In this document: positions 49,515-63,998 of the stretch, in pieces
How positions within the stretch are numbered: position 1 is the first letter of the stretch
How the letters are laid out: each line of letters begins with the position of its first letter
Source: Iphione sp. A-MEVVRFRX5
Taxonomy: Eukaryota
Length of the DNA: 64,000 nt
Assembly: GCA_976226885.1 (NCBI GenBank)
Contig: OZ320319.1
Span: forward strand, 59,520,001 to 59,584,000
Reading direction: 5' to 3'
Notes under the pieces: generated by a model
What the model saw: only the letters and a program-made list of their open reading frames with translations
Told to the model about the DNA's origin: nothing
Database searches by the model: none
Position numbers and translations under genes: made by a program

Positions 49515-52500
49515 CTGGTGTGGGTGGGGTCATTGGTAGGGATCATAAGGCGCAGGTAAATATGTGAGAGAATTGCGTGTAAGAGAGGATTGTATTTGAT
49601 CAAAGTGTCATCGACGATCAGAGATAAAATATTCATGTATAATCGATCACCAAACTGCAATCTTTATGCATTATTTATCATTGACGGAAAATAGCGATGC
49701 ATACAGTACGGCACAGATATATTTAGTGCGAAACTATTGGGGCTCCGGAAAAATAAACATAGGTACAAGGGTGTAGTATTGAGCACGTGGGTCACCGCGG
49801 TTAGGTAAGGGTTGAAAAAAAGTAAAATAACAGATGAAAGAGGAACAATATACCAAACAATATACATGTAAACAAGGAAAAGGAAACAGAAAAAAGCTGT
49901 GTCCACAAACGGAAAAGAAATATTACATTGAATATGGAATGAGACAAAGCGAGACAAGTATCATCAGAGCTGTACAATGTAGAAGCCAAGTATAAAGAAA
50001 ATTCTCTAGAATAAGAGAGTCAGAGCGCCGACCGACAATAAGGCTGCGCTGTACAAAGGACTGGTCTTAGAGGAAACGAGGAACACGCGGAGCTAAATGG
50101 TTATAATGGGAGCTGATAGAGCGAAAGATAGACTCAGTATGAAGTAGCAGGAGACAGTCAGAAGAATCAAGAGAGAAAGATGGGAGAAAGGTGGCCATAT
50201 AACAGCAAACTATTCTGACGATGAGGTAAAAAGGGAGGAAAAAACAGACTGGCAATGGTAGAGACAAAACAAATGAAAAGGGGGAACGATAAAGAGAAAG
50301 AAGAGAGTCAGGTCCAGAGTGCTAGAGAGAGCCAACAAGAATTGGAAACAGAGACACAGAGTGGGACAGATAGGAAAAGAGCGATGAAGATGAGTCAACG
50401 AAAAGCGTTTGTTAGTCAGACGACGTTCAGTTGGTCTAGAGCTGATCAATATCGACATGTCTCTGTCAACTCTGCAAACGAAAGGTCATCAATGATAAAC
50501 GGCAAGCAAGCAGACAAAAACGACGCTCGGTAAAGCACGTTGGTCCATATTAATCTCATGGTGGGGTGACAGAAAGACGATAACATGGCCACGCTATGAA
50601 TACCGGCGTGTGGTCTTTGATACGTTGTGAAATAGAAGGCCATCAATAACATTAATAAGCACTGGGGAGGGTTTTTTTGACGCTAATCTCTGATCGATAG
50701 CTTGGATTCAATCACGCTGTGCTGGGGATTTTTTTTTGGAGTAGATGTGCATTGCTTTAAAGGGAAACCTGCCATCGAGATTCCATATCTCCTGGAAGAC
50801 AAATGAAATAAATGCTTTACTTCCGGTGTAATCTATCGATCAAAATAGGTTTTAAGGGAAAACATAGCTGTAGATGTAATTACAAGAAGCTAATAAAGGA
50901 GTTAGGTGACACCTTTCTGCTCTTATAATGTTCGTGCTTCGTTAAGGCCAATCTCTTAACACAATGGAACCTGCTTAAGAAAGAAGCTTTACTATTTTAT
51001 CTTATGATAGCAATGTAGAGCCTCTGGATTGGCTCGATATTTTAAGCTGAAGTATGATCATCGTTGAATGTGAGAGAACCAAAGGGGTCTTTAATCTTTG
51101 GCCTTTGGAAGGTGTCTACATGTCTTGACCTCTAAGACTTGATTGTATGCGACGGTTCGGCGATGAAGTAGTAGTTGTAGTTATATTGATCAAGATAATG
51201 GTATTCTGCAGGGACTATCATTTGGAGAACCACACAAAACGGCACTAATATATTGCTCATAAATGTGTGTTGTGAGCGTACACACATGAAGGATTTCCGC
51301 ATTTACCACAAAGTCCAATCACAATAAAAACAATACAAAAAATATTCATTTCATGTGCAATCGATCTACGGAGTGAGCACTTCGAAAATTTCGCTTGATT
51401 TAAAAAAAGTCTCACGGTTTTACTTTTCTAGCAATATGTGCGCTATCGTAGTGTTTTAAATTTCATCCGTTGAGACAAAGATTCGAAGATATCACCAAGT
51501 CTCATCTCTAGGGCGACCCTCTGGACCGTAGTCCGTCAGCTTACATCGTACAGTAAGAAAGCACGGTGAGCAGGATGATGAATCGGAGGGCCTCTTTGTT
51601 AAAAAAAACCCTCTCCAACGGGAACCTCCTCCTTCTTGGGGAACTATGTACTGATTGATGTCTTGAAGGGGTCAATGCGGCCAGCCTAGATATCACTTTG
51701 GTGACCTTAGTTGCAGTATGCGTACTTCTGGCCTGTGACTTGTCAAATCAGCATCATAATAGCTAACCACGGCCTCTCTGGGCTCTCTTCGGCTTCTTTT
51801 TTCCTTTTTTAGGGGGGCGCTCTAGTGGTGATATGCGAGGACCAACTCTGTATTTGAGGCCACTGGTTTGGGGTTTCTGGTCACGGCTACGTTACACATG
51901 AAAAATGACCATTTCACGATGTCGAGGAGAGATCATTACATCTGTATCATGCTGTAGTTCTCACTGCAGTGAATGCTAATGCAGACAGTTTTATAAGTAC
52001 CTTAGGAGAATGCCCATTTTATGGTGCCTATGCCTTCGTATGAGGTTAAGTACCTGGCCAGTTTATCCATTGGTGAATTTCCTGCAGGCCGTAAATGACG
52101 TCCCCTCATAATCCGGTGCAAGGAGAAACCTATCATACATATAATTATTTATGGCAGTTTCTTACTTTCATCCCTCTCTCTCTCTTTATATATATATATA
52201 CATGTATATATAAATGGAATGGAACATTTATACGTCATAGTCATCTCCAAGGGAGGGGTTCCTAAGACATCGTTTCCTAGATGATCAACAACTAAACACG
52301 CACTTAAATATATATGTATGTATATATATGCGTGTGTGGTGTGTGCGTCCACAGTAGCTGCATCAACTGACATCACCGCACAGACTCCTAAATACAATAA
52401 TGACACTAAGTTGTATTTATCATTTATCATATATTTATCACTACATGGTCCTCATATACTGACTCTACAGATATTCAATACACAACTCCTCTTAGCAAGC

Positions 52501-52534
52501 AGCCTGGAGGGCCTTCCTATCTAATTGGGGATAC

Positions 52535-54382
52535 CTAATTACATCTACTATTGACTGACCCCCTTGCTTGCCTGGCAGTAAGATGAAAACCTTGTTTAAC
52601 TGCCTGGTGAGCACCGTCTGGATGAGCGGAAAAATGATACTTGAGCCATCCCCACGTAAACATGTTTCTGCATGGCTGTATTATCGTGAAAGGCAGGATG
52701 GGATTTCTATATGGTGACAGTCCAACCACATGCTTGCTACAAAGCCGCTTAAAGCACCAACATTAGATTACCCCTGACCCTATTCAACATCCACTCGCCC
52801 TGCATCTCAAGAGCCGCAGTATTACCTAATATTCTCATGATCGAATTCTGGAACCATTACACAGCCAGACCTATGGTCAAGCAGTTTGCTCTGCCAGGAA
52901 AAAAACCTAGTTCTTTATATAGGTTCCTACTGACAGGAGGTGAACTGGCTTTTACCAGATCTAATAAGCCGCCTGTTATATATCACTCTCCCTGAGCAGC
53001 TCTTTAACTGACGCAGCCTGGACCTCCCTGGATCAGCGTTTTGTGGTACCGTTGCAAGCACGCCATGTAATCCATCGCGGCGCAACCAACGCTCAGACCA
53101 GTACAGGAGGTAAGTGCTACAAAATGGAACTTGACCACATGGCAAAGGGCGGTGGACGCAGGAGTCGACAGAGCCGCCACATTCATGGACGGTTGCCAAC
53201 ATGCTAGACGTTATACCTGCGTTTGGTGATTTTCTTCCAGCTATCAGATTTGCCCTGATATACACTTCAAAGTACTGATATGACATCTCAAATATTCCAT
53301 TTACGAATGAGACGACAGCCCAATATTTTGAATAGGCCGTGGCAAATTGCATAAGATTAACATCATGTGTAAAGTGGACATCCTTCCAAACTGGGAAGAT
53401 TGGAACCTATTCGTCACACATAGCCGGATATGCCATCGCTGTCCGCCACACGGGTATCTGCGCATACAATTCTTTGCTGGCGGAAAACCTGCACACACTC
53501 TAGTGAATTGTTACTCTCGATAGATACCTCCCAAGCTCCACAGCTCAATGCGATAAACATTTCCAATCGAAGCCACAGGTTTAGTCTGAGAGCTATAAAA
53601 TGGTTTCCGGATTTACTGAGGGCTCCAAGACGATATTTTAACAGAACTACATCTAAACTGCATCTCTGCTCTTTCTGCCTCAGAGATACCTGCTGTACAC
53701 CTGTTCATGTTCAGCGTAGAGTCAAGTATCAAAGAGCCTGTACGTCCTCCGACTGCGTGTTGTATAGGCCGAGGGGTGATTGAACCTCTAAATACGTATA
53801 CTCACCTGGGCTTAAATTTTATTCGTTATCAGCCCCCCCATGAAAACCTTACTGGTGATATTTACGCATCGTATTTGAAGTATGTTGCACATTACAATAC
53901 ATCTCCCGAACGCGAGGAGTAAACATGCAGTGGACGACCCAGGGGCTGTAGCGATTGTTCTCACTTGCATTAGATAAAAAAGCCTCCCTAATGAGACGCG
54001 GCCTTGATTATCAACATCTTTACATTGAGAACCCTACACGTGCCTCGCCATTAGTAAATCATACACAGAAGGGATGACAATCCGAAATAGCACTTTTAAC
54101 AATGTGATAGATTCGCCTCGCGGACCAGTCTAAAGCAGTCTCTAGTGAAGGCAAGGTGGCATTGCCTAAAGGAAGCCTGGTAGTCTGCAGCAGGCCAGAT
54201 CCTGAATTCAACCAATAGACGACCATATCGATCTCCGACCTCGCGGAACAATAGTAGACAGCCGGGCTAAAAGAGGGAGGTCCACAGGGGGCTGATACGG
54301 CAGATACTTGGTGGATAGTTGAGAAGGGGTTGATATAGCTGATACTTGGTAACGCTGGATGAAGATGCATTGGGAGGATCAT
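52535..54382 (-). mobile_element. Possible heavily decayed non-LTR retrotransposon (LINE ORF2 remnant)
   Basis: Weak motif resemblance only: '...IVKSAISDCHP' resembles the APE C-terminal SDH motif, and 'GRKSPNAGIT' about 280 codons later resembles RT domain-0 KSPGxDG. Frames are broken. Confidence 0.3.
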
Positions 54383-57300
54383 CAGTTGGTAGCTTCGCCT
54401 CTGGGGATGGATCGATTAGCCTTGACCTCTATCGCCGCACGAGGAGGACGAGTTCTTGTCCTCTGGTATAGTTGGGGTGGCATTAAGGGTCTGCATCGTT
54501 TCTGTGGTGGTCTTTGGGGGGGGGAATGAACATAGAATCACCTGTTAGGGTTGGGTGAAATATGGGCAAAACAACGAAGGGCCAAAAGACAGACACAAAT
54601 ATGAATACGGACAGAGAGCAAAAAAGGGTAGAGGAATGTAGAGAGGTGGAACAGGGAAAGGGAAGGGGAGGGGGAAAAGGTAGGGGTAAAAAAAGGCGAA
54701 GTTTGGAAGTTAGTGATAGGATGGATGGATTGATGGAATTAACGTTGGAAACAGGTAAAATAACAGAAAAGTGAAAGGAAGGTAGGGAGGAAAGACGGGA
54801 GAGGGGGAAAGGGGGTAGACATCTAAATGGAACGTGAAACACGTGAACAGAGAGTGCAGATAAAGGACTGGGCAGGGTGGAGGGAGTAACACACAGCAAA
54901 AGGGCAGAAATGCGGATCAAATGGGAGGCAGGGCCTGCAGGTTATACAAAGAAAATGGAAAATGGCCTCCGTTCTCTTAAAATTTCTCCATTCGCCTTTT
55001 GCATTGACAATTATTTCTTTCACAAAATGTCCTTATACATTCACTGATTCTATCAAAGCCTCCCTTCTCTTTTTCACGTTACAAGCAGAAATCCGGCTTC
55101 AAGGGGATCTCGGACATAAGATGCAATATCCGTCTACCTATATTTGGACAACGTATCTAGGAGGTGCAGATCTGAGGCGAAAGTCCAGTCGGTGACGCAG
55201 GAAGGCGCCCTTGTGTATTATGAATTATAGAGTGCTGCGATGTTGTTGTAAGAGTCCTAGTCTATACTAGTGTATGAAGTAAACCACTGCTATTATAACA
55301 GCCTTACATTGCCATTACTTGATGTGTTGTTTGATTGTCTTCCTACACAATGATTAGGTAGGAGGATGCAACACTTTCAAATTAGTCGTGACACTCAGTC
55401 TATCTTCCATCATCCTTTCTCTTCGATAAAGGAATATATTTGTCATGCCATTAAAAACTATATGTTCTAAATTGAATGAATTACCAGTAATAGCATTTCT
55501 TCTTTGAGGAGTAAGTTGGTACAAACATATTCATATACGAATACGAAAATCAGGGAACCTAGTCTATGTCACAGTTTATATTGATTTCAAACGCCCTGAG
55601 AGGTGATCTGTAAACAAACTTAAATCCAGTAGAATTATATTTTACATGTTGTCATTTATTGGCAGCATGCATTTAGCATATAAAACTTACGTCATCCATT
55701 TTCCGGTTGGCCAGTCTGATTTAGTTACCTGTCTAAGCAAAGGACAGGCCCGTTTCAAGGCCCATTGGAAAGGTTGTGTACCAGGTATGTGAATAATGCA
55801 ACCCTTAGAATATGAGTTCCCTATAATATATCGTTACCAAACCTTGAATCAGAAACAAAGGCAAAGAGTACCATACATAAAGAAGTACGCAAAGCCTGCT
55901 TTTGTATAGAAGGATTTTATAGCTGTGCCGTCCTCGTTTCCCTAGTGTAATTAGCATGTTGCTGGTATGCATGCTGTTTCTCTCAGCTGATTTTCTCTTT
56001 CAAACCTCATTAATTCACGTTCCGTACGATACTATCTAATATCCTGTGCTACAACAGTACATTCCTTGAATGGAATTTCCTGTGATACCCAGGTCAAGGC
56101 GTTTACAACTATATTCTAGGTATATAGACTTTGCATGTTTTACCTAGTTACAATTGGCCACCAAATTATAGGGTTGGAAGAGCCGTCCCTTTTCTATCAG
56201 GCATCTGTGTGCCTGTATGTCACACAAAACAACATTGGGAGCAGCAGTAGCTATGTGGTGCTGATAGCCATTATCTGGGTCGTTGCGACGTCCCTTTGCG
56301 ACCAGCGACAGCGCTGCAGTGGAGCAGTAAGGACTAGGACGTATGGGGGATGCCAGGGGCCTTGCTATCTACAATACTGGACAGTACAGAGTACACCAAT
56401 GTACATTGTACTCTGGTGCAAAGCAAATGTTTTTTTCCGTGGCCTAGAGATTCCTTGTGATTCCCAAAGGGTGTATCCAGGATGACTTGCTAGAATACCC
56501 GAACGATCTGTCAGCCCTTTTACAAACATTTCTCTTACTGTACAAACAACTGTGATAATATGGTCCTGCCTGGAGTAGCGCAACTGCACTTCCTCAGGAA
56601 AAGGTTACGTCACATGTATCGATTCCTTTTCCACAACGCCATAGCTGCTATGTGTTCAAAAATAAAAACTACTTCTTGTTCCCTAATTACACAATGTGCA
56701 CCACACTTAGTAAGTCACAAAAAATAATAATCTAAATGTAGTATACAATGCCTTAATTTGTCCAGAGATACTGGCTGTAAATCGGTCATAACAATAATGG
56801 TAAAGCAGTACAGAACAATATTCCCAAGTGACAATTTTACACTGCTACCGGGGTGTGGTGATGTCGCAGTTATGTTTTGGTAACAATATGATACAATGTG
56901 AAAATCCTAAAGTGAATTTGTCTTTAGAAGCTTTGTATTACAAGTCTTCTACCACATTGTAGCCTACTGTTCCCACAATGCTGGGCACTGTTGTTTCTGA
57001 CCTAACAAACCGGCAACATTTTGAAACCGCGGCCTTCTCATACTGTAACAATAATGTCATACTACAATTTTGTTTTTAAAATATTACTGCAAAATTGTTA
57101 CTTCATTATAGCTGACCTTACGAATTTAATATTCCTACAATGTTGTGAATTAATTTTGCCAAAACAATGAAATCAAATCGCGTTTAACATGTTGTGTGCC
57201 TTTTCTCAATCTTGGTTTTACATTATTTCTGACTTAACCGAACCAACGCCAGATTGCGAAAACGTATTTTCCTAGATAGGGTGGTATTTATTCTTCAAGA

Positions 57301-58197
57301 TAAGGATATTTATGTATTTTCCACCATTGGCAAAACGCTCCTATATAGATATATGTATATGTGTGTGAGGTTTAGAAACGTATGGGAAATCATCTATAAG
57401 GGCAATTTTAAACATACATATCTAGGCAGACAACTTCCAATATTAAAAAAAAAAAAAAAAAACATTTTCAACTAAGTACTACAATACCTTGCGAAGCAGT
57501 CAGTTTTCGCCCTATTGTTGCCAATTCTCTAGACAGTACCTAGCTAGCCTTGGCTGGTGGTAGTGTGGGCACTCTTCTATGCGAAACTCCCCCTTGGCAC
57601 TTCACACCTGAAGCTTATCGCTTGAGGTACCCCAGGGGATGTTCGTTGGAAATCTCTGATGCTGTGTAACTGACGGCCAGACTACATTCTGCATGTACCC
57701 CCCTGGTTTCCTGATCCCAGCTAAATCGCTACGCACTATTATATTTTGGCAGCCCCGTTTTGGGAAGCTTTGAGCTTGGGAAGGGTGTCAGCAAGGCTGG
57801 AAGTCTACAAATGATCTCCAGTGCTAGTATCCAGTGCTTACATCAGAGCCTGACTCTGTAAGTACAGACCACAGGAGACGGCCGGCAGTGATTTGTGGTC
57901 TGTTAGGGGAGGTCTGGGGGAAGCTCTTGTGTAAGGAAGGAATCAGACTGGGAGATATTACGTCTCGTAATGCCGTACATCCGCGTGACTATTGACGTGT
58001 ATAAATGAGGGTATATCGATTCGCCAGCGGCCGCTCTCATATTGATAAATTTCGTGAGGAATATAGCATATGATATAGTAGATGTAAGGCCACCTCAGTG
58101 TAAATATTTGTCGCGTATGTTTCCTAAATCAGGAAGAATAGGTTCTGTTTTGAGAATTTCTTATGTTCTGGTATGTACACACGATTATCAACATAAT

Positions 58198-58517
58198 AGG
58201 CCCGTAGCCAAGGGGGTATCGGGGGTATCGGACGATACCCCCACAAGAGGCCAGAAGTTCCACCTCTCTAATTTCAGATAGTATCTGAAATTAGAGAGGT
58301 GGAGGGAGACAGGATAGAGACAGAGAGGGAGGAAGGGAGAGAGAAAAAATGGCAGAGAATGCTTCCCAGGGACATATTTTATGGCATTTAGAAGAGATTA
58401 TGACAAAATTTGTTACCATGAGTTCCACCACGTTAACCAGGAGTCCCCCCTCTCGTACCAGGAGTCCCACCTCTCTAATTTGCGATACCCCCCACAAACT
58501 TTCCTGCCTACGGGCCT
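58198..58517. mobile_element. MITE with TIR AGGCCCGTAG...CTACGGGCCT
   Basis: Perfect 10-bp inverted termini; similar flanks aacataat / gtcataat (possible degenerate 8-bp TSD); internal duplicated CCACCTCTCTAATTT and GATACCCCC. Confidence 0.7.
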
Positions 58518-60357
58518 GTCATAATGACGAATGAGCGGAGGATTGTTGTAGAGACTTATTGACCTTATGACTACATTGGATAAAAGTGAATCGCATCGAA
58601 ACATTTGGAATCGAGATTCCATGTTATTTAAGGCTCAGGAAGTTGCGATATCGAATTTAATTTTAACTTGATAAGCACCTTCGAAACTAAAACCTGACCC
58701 AATCATTAATATGCCAAGTGCACCCAGGCGGAACCAAAACTAGCAAAAAATGCAGCTGTTAGCTCCAAAGTCGAGGTGAGTTTAAAACTGCACAACAGTG
58801 TAAATGCCTCATGAAAAAAAACCAGAGCAAATAACTCATGAAATGCGTGAAAATGTGCAAAACTATTAAAAAATGTGCAGAAAATGCCTAACACTCAGCC
58901 TGCTTTAAACCTTAGATTCCAACGCCCCCCTTCACACCTCCCACCAGGAGCACCCAGTAAGAGTAAGTGGCTGCTCTTTGCCGGCTCAGGCATCACACGG
59001 CGTGCTCTGTACCGAGCACGTGGTTTGAACGCTACCTATCGTGGAGGTCAGATGACCTCCATTATACTCTCTGTCTTCCACTAATGATTAGAACGGAATG
59101 GCTGAAGCATAGGGGAACAGAGACACTGAGGACGATGTGGGCATCTACAGCAGACGTATTCGTGTTACAGCTATGTATATTGTACATGTACCAAGAATGT
59201 CACCCTGTTCGCTGCAAGCAAAAAAAGAGTCATACTCCTGCCAACTGTATTATTCAGTTATGGGTAAGACATAGCAGATATTATCAGGTTCTCAATTTAG
59301 TACATCCTCGCGACTATGCACACGGTCATTGATTGCCCTTTTCGTCTGTGACAAGAAAAAGGGGGGGGGGACGAAAGAAAGCATTTTAGACTTCTCAGAG
59401 AAATAAAGATCGCACCCTGGCCAGCTCAGTAGGTAAAAGTGGACGAATTGTATGCAGTTGCCTTTAAAGGGAGAACCACACAGATAGAGTTCGTAAGAAA
59501 GGTGAACCCATCAAAATAATATCCTACATAGTTGAGCTCGAATTATTATTTAATGAAAAAGTGAAAAAGATGCTTATGGCTTCACAGCCTTCGATGTATG
59601 GAAAGGCTGACACTGGAACACCAACTGGATACATGCAGTGTTTATAAGAGAGCATTTGGTAAGCTACAATATAGGTCTTCCTGGTCTGCTTGTCACTTCG
59701 AAGACGAAGGAAAGATGAATCATGACCGCTGCCACAAGCTACTCATTAACATATGTGAATATGTTAATCCCCCAGGTCACCGCCCGGACTCAACATACGC
59801 TGTGTTGACCGCTGACCCCACCACTCATCCCTGTCCTCATCGCCACAGCGGCGCAGCGAACCAGTCTACTACCACCAGCAATCAAGCAGAAGCTGGTTCC
59901 TGACTACTTCAACTGATACTCAGGCAACACTAGGACCATCTGATAGGCAGCCTATCGACTTTCTCCGCAAATAAAACATTTGCAATCGCAACACGTTTAA
60001 TCTCCCGGCTATATCCTAAAGACTTTTAAAAAGTATCCATAACGCTAAAGAGGCGTTTGCAGCATGGTGCGAACAATCGATTGCCCAGACGCGAAAGCGT
60101 CTTTAATTACTTTATTCTGACCTCCACAAATAACTGGCATACTGTCTTGTCTAGTGGTTAATCACTTGACCACATCATCTTGAATGGTAATACTTAACTC
60201 CTGTGAGGTAAGGTCTACCATTGAGTCAGATAACTCCACCAGAAAAGCACAGTATTATTCAACTTTCTGCATTTCATGTCAATAAAAATATTTTGTTTTG
60301 GTTAGTTGATTTTGAAACCCATAAACATGTTACCAATTTTATCTAATCCACCTCTTA

Positions 60358-60704
60358 GGCCAAAAAAATAATAGGTGTGTTTCTGGTAACCCACCCCTAC
60401 CTAGTAAAACCCCACCCTACCTAAAAGTTTTTTGGCCCCAAAGAGTTTCTGAGGGTGAATTTCCTTAGATACATGTTTTCATGGCATATGTTTTTAGTAA
60501 ATTTAGTAGAAAAACAACAAAATCCATGAAATTTTACCAAAAAACTGTAAAACTAATACAGATTGATTAAAATTCTTCTTGTTGTCTTTATTATTATTGA
60601 AATCCAGAGGAAGAAAGTGAAAAAAAATGAAAAAAAGAGACCCCCCCTCCCTACCTAGGTTTTTGGCTGGTCGTGACCAGAAACACACCTATTTTTTTTT
60701 GGCC
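60358..60704. mobile_element. PIF/Harbinger-type MITE (TTA target-site duplication)
   Basis: TTA|GGCCAAAAAAA...TAGGTGTGTTTCTGG at left and CCAGAAACACACCTA...TTTTGGCC|TTA at right. Confidence 0.8.
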
Positions 60705-63227
60705 TTATGCTGGCCTTCATAACTTCGTCGTTGGTACCGAAAATTCTGAGTCAGTGTTAGCTTGGCCTGTCCTCCTTTTCTAAACCAAAATAGCATTTAT
60801 CCTAATCAATCAGTGTATTTCATTCAATGTCTTCTGTATTCCTATAAATGAAAAACTGCAATGATAAATACTACGTGCTTAGGTATATTTCAATTTCCTT
60901 TTCTGGGCGACTACGCTCTTTCATTAGCCTATCCTTCTAAAATCTGGAATTTATAAGAAATATTAGACTTTAAAATAGGGCAGGACAATAGTTTATCAGA
61001 GATTTCCCTTTGACCAATGGTATAGCATTGATTCCTACGGCAAGGCAACACATTAACGTTTCCTGCCATATGTATCTCCTTATAACTTTGAAAAATATTG
61101 AACAGTTTGATCTTCTGAACACTTGATTTCGGTAAGGAAGACCTTATCTAAGTTTGTAGTAAGAGCAGTCAGCTGCGATTAAACTTATCATTATTAGCTC
61201 ACATCAGAGAGCAGAACCTCTCAATTGTATTCCAATAGTCTGACTGCAACATTTGCATTCCCATCGGGTAAGGTATCGGGTATCTCTTAGCACTGCTATA
61301 TTATACAGTCAAGTACCATGTCAGTGTCATTTCAAGGCATAGTATCTCTGTCTTATATTCCTAGTACAGTAACAACTCACATGGTGGGCAATTCCACTAT
61401 GAGGCAACTTGTTATTCAGAATTAATTACAGTTTTTCTGGTCCCAATATATAAAAAACAAACCTTCAATAAAGGCAGAATTAGCTGGTCCCTCTAAAGGT
61501 CGTATTAGAGGGTTTCCATTGCATATGCGGATTCCTGTCTATAAAATACCTGCCCCTGACATATGTAACCCCTGGCAATAAGGTTTAGGAGAGTACTCAA
61601 TGTTGTATACGAACATTTCCTTTAAAACAAAGGGTACACGAGAGTACCATCTGATATTAGATCCCTTAATGCAATCGTCGTCTTAGGTCATCCCAGATAT
61701 CGATTCCACATAATCGACCTAATACATACATATATATGTAGATCTCAAAAGCTACAGAAAGCATTAAAACCTAAAATCCCTTCATTTTTATTCCCTGGCG
61801 TGTGCCATTCTTTAGTATGAACACTTTGGCTACCGGCTAGATAATGCACTTGCAGGCGTAAGGATAGATATTTGGAGTCCTTATTTAGTAAACAAAAGGA
61901 GAGAGTAGTCTGGTTCACATTGAAGGCAGTGTTGGTCAATCTGGTGGGCTTTCGTAAGCCTCTCCTGAGACGATACTTGGGTAGATTTCTGGGAGGTGGA
62001 AAAAATCGATAATAGAGACCCTAGTTGGAGGAGAGGTGGAGTAATATCGCTTTCATTGAGATAATTAGACTATCAAGGAACGTAAGGGAGGATTGTGCCT
62101 AAATAGTACGGGACAAAGAGGACAGGAGACAGGAGGAGAGAAAGTAGGAAAGAGAGAGTATTAAAGGGAGACGGGATAGAAGTACTGCTTGAAGGATACA
62201 GGTATATGAGGGCGCCTAAAAGCAGCAATGGGAAAGGAAACAGGAGGTGTCACTTGCTGAAGGAGGCAGAAATCGGGTGCCAACACACTACCAACATTAT
62301 TGACATTTGTTTAAATCGCAGGGCCTTAGTGTCAGTACAGATTCAAGTGTACGGATGGCAAGGTCGGTGGACTCTTTACTGCACCTGCTTCTGCGTGCCT
62401 CTGCATGTACATATTATACTAGTCTATTTCGCCGAACATTCCATGGTAATCTAATTAGATTTAGGGTACTGCATTCCGATATCACACGCGGAGTGACGAT
62501 TATAAGAAATGTTCCAGTTAATGTTGGTTGTGATCCCTAAAGCTACAATGACTCAAACATTACCCTCTTTTAAATATAAAGGAATATTCCATAATTGTCC
62601 TCCGGATTTCCTCTTCGAGGCGCCCACCTGGTTGCGTCCCTGACTCTCCTCTTCATGTGCCTGCCCTACCATTCACGCTTACCGGCCTTCCTCACCAACT
62701 TGCTGTCCTATTCTCTCTCATCGTTCGCTAAATATCTTTCCTACCCTGACCCTCTAACATGCCTTTTTCTCTCCCGTCTCGCGCAAGCTTTCCGCCTCTC
62801 CGTTCGCTCGAACTATCAGTTTATAGCCCACTATGACCATTCTTGTGCCACGAGGGGCTGAATAGATAATACCTTGAACAAGCATGGCTCGTTCTGGTGA
62901 TACTTGACTATATAGAGGATGAAAAACGTTCTGCATACATGTATTTGACATCTTGAATGTGCGCGGAAACGGTATCTTTTTAACTTTGACAAACACGGGA
63001 TAAACTGCAGCTTACTTTTCTACAGTTTACCTTTTCTCTCACATTAACCTATTGAACTATCGTCTGCATATGAGGCGGTCCGTACTACTTTTTAATTTAT
63101 TTATACTGAATGCCCCCCCCCCAAAAACCTTTCCTATTTCAATGCTATAGGCCCAAGCCGCATATCCTTCTGTTTGCTTTCTTACAAAGCTACCAGATCA
63201 CACGTAACTGACATTTTATCACAGGTG

Positions 63228-63998
63228 TTAAATCTGCCAACCTGGGCTTGGCTGTGACATCGCTCCGCCCTCCATCCTCGTTAATCCCGCGGGACGTTGG
63301 CCCGTGCCCGTTACTTCCGGTTGAATCATCGACGATGGCGAATACGCCGGAAGGGAGGGTTGGCCGCCGTCAGCTGGCGGTCTTTGGCGAATACGGCCGG
63401 GGACTGTCAATTCAACAGCTGTATCAGTGGTATGAGAAGGGTTCGGACCAGGAGCAAGGTGGTGGCCGTACCCCTGGCCGCGTCGGCCGTGAGTAGGGTC
63501 GGAGGGGCCCGGTAGGCCCTGGTTGGGACTGGGAATGCGGCCGGTGCCGGGGTCGGAAGGGCTGTGGCTACGCAAGGAAGCATCGGGCCGTCGGCCTGCC
63601 GTCGCTGCATGCCGCCCTCCTCGCCCGTCGGCCGGTTGCAGTCGCTGCTGCCTCTGCCCTTGTCGCTGCTGCTGCTGCTGCTGCTGCTTTTGCCACCGCT
63701 GTTCTTGCTGCTGTTGCTGCTGCTGCTGCCGCTGCTGCCGCCGAGGCTGGGAGCAGGCAGAACCCTCCCCTACCTGCCGGGAGCGGTGCTGGTGCTGTGG
63801 TCTCCGCCGAGCCTCCTGCCCTGAGCGGCGGTCCCCGGTGAAGCGACTGTGAATAAATTCCACCACTTCCTCCATGATATCCGTAGCTAGGACACCAGCC
63901 CTTCTCTCCACCATCCTCCTGGCCCTCCCCTTCCCTCTTTGCCTCCTCCTCCTCCCCCTCCTCTTCCTCCACCTTCTCCCACTATAGTCTCCAGCACT
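63228..63998 (-). other. Open reading frame (>=256 codons, open to the window edge), Arg-rich then polyQ then Pro/Gly-rich; function unknown, possibly retroelement ORF1
   Basis: The frame of ORF 63228..63914 stays open to the edge (SAGDYSGRRWRKRRGRRRRQRGKGRARRMVERR...); CAG/CTG trinucleotide runs at ~63640-63740. Confidence 0.35.

Noticed and set aside
50255-50533. Plus-strand E/K/R-rich 92-aa ORF
   Set aside because: It is explained by purine-rich strand bias (the complement of an intronic pyrimidine tract) and has no domain.
56460-56545. Frameshifted VY(x)DDLL resembling the RT YxDD motif on the plus strand
   Set aside because: It requires a frameshift and no other RT motifs were recognisable. 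Too weak to call.
59417-59440. tRNA A-box-like GGCCAGCTCAGTAGGTAAAAG
   Set aside because: No B-box or cloverleaf follows. At most it is a SINE relic.
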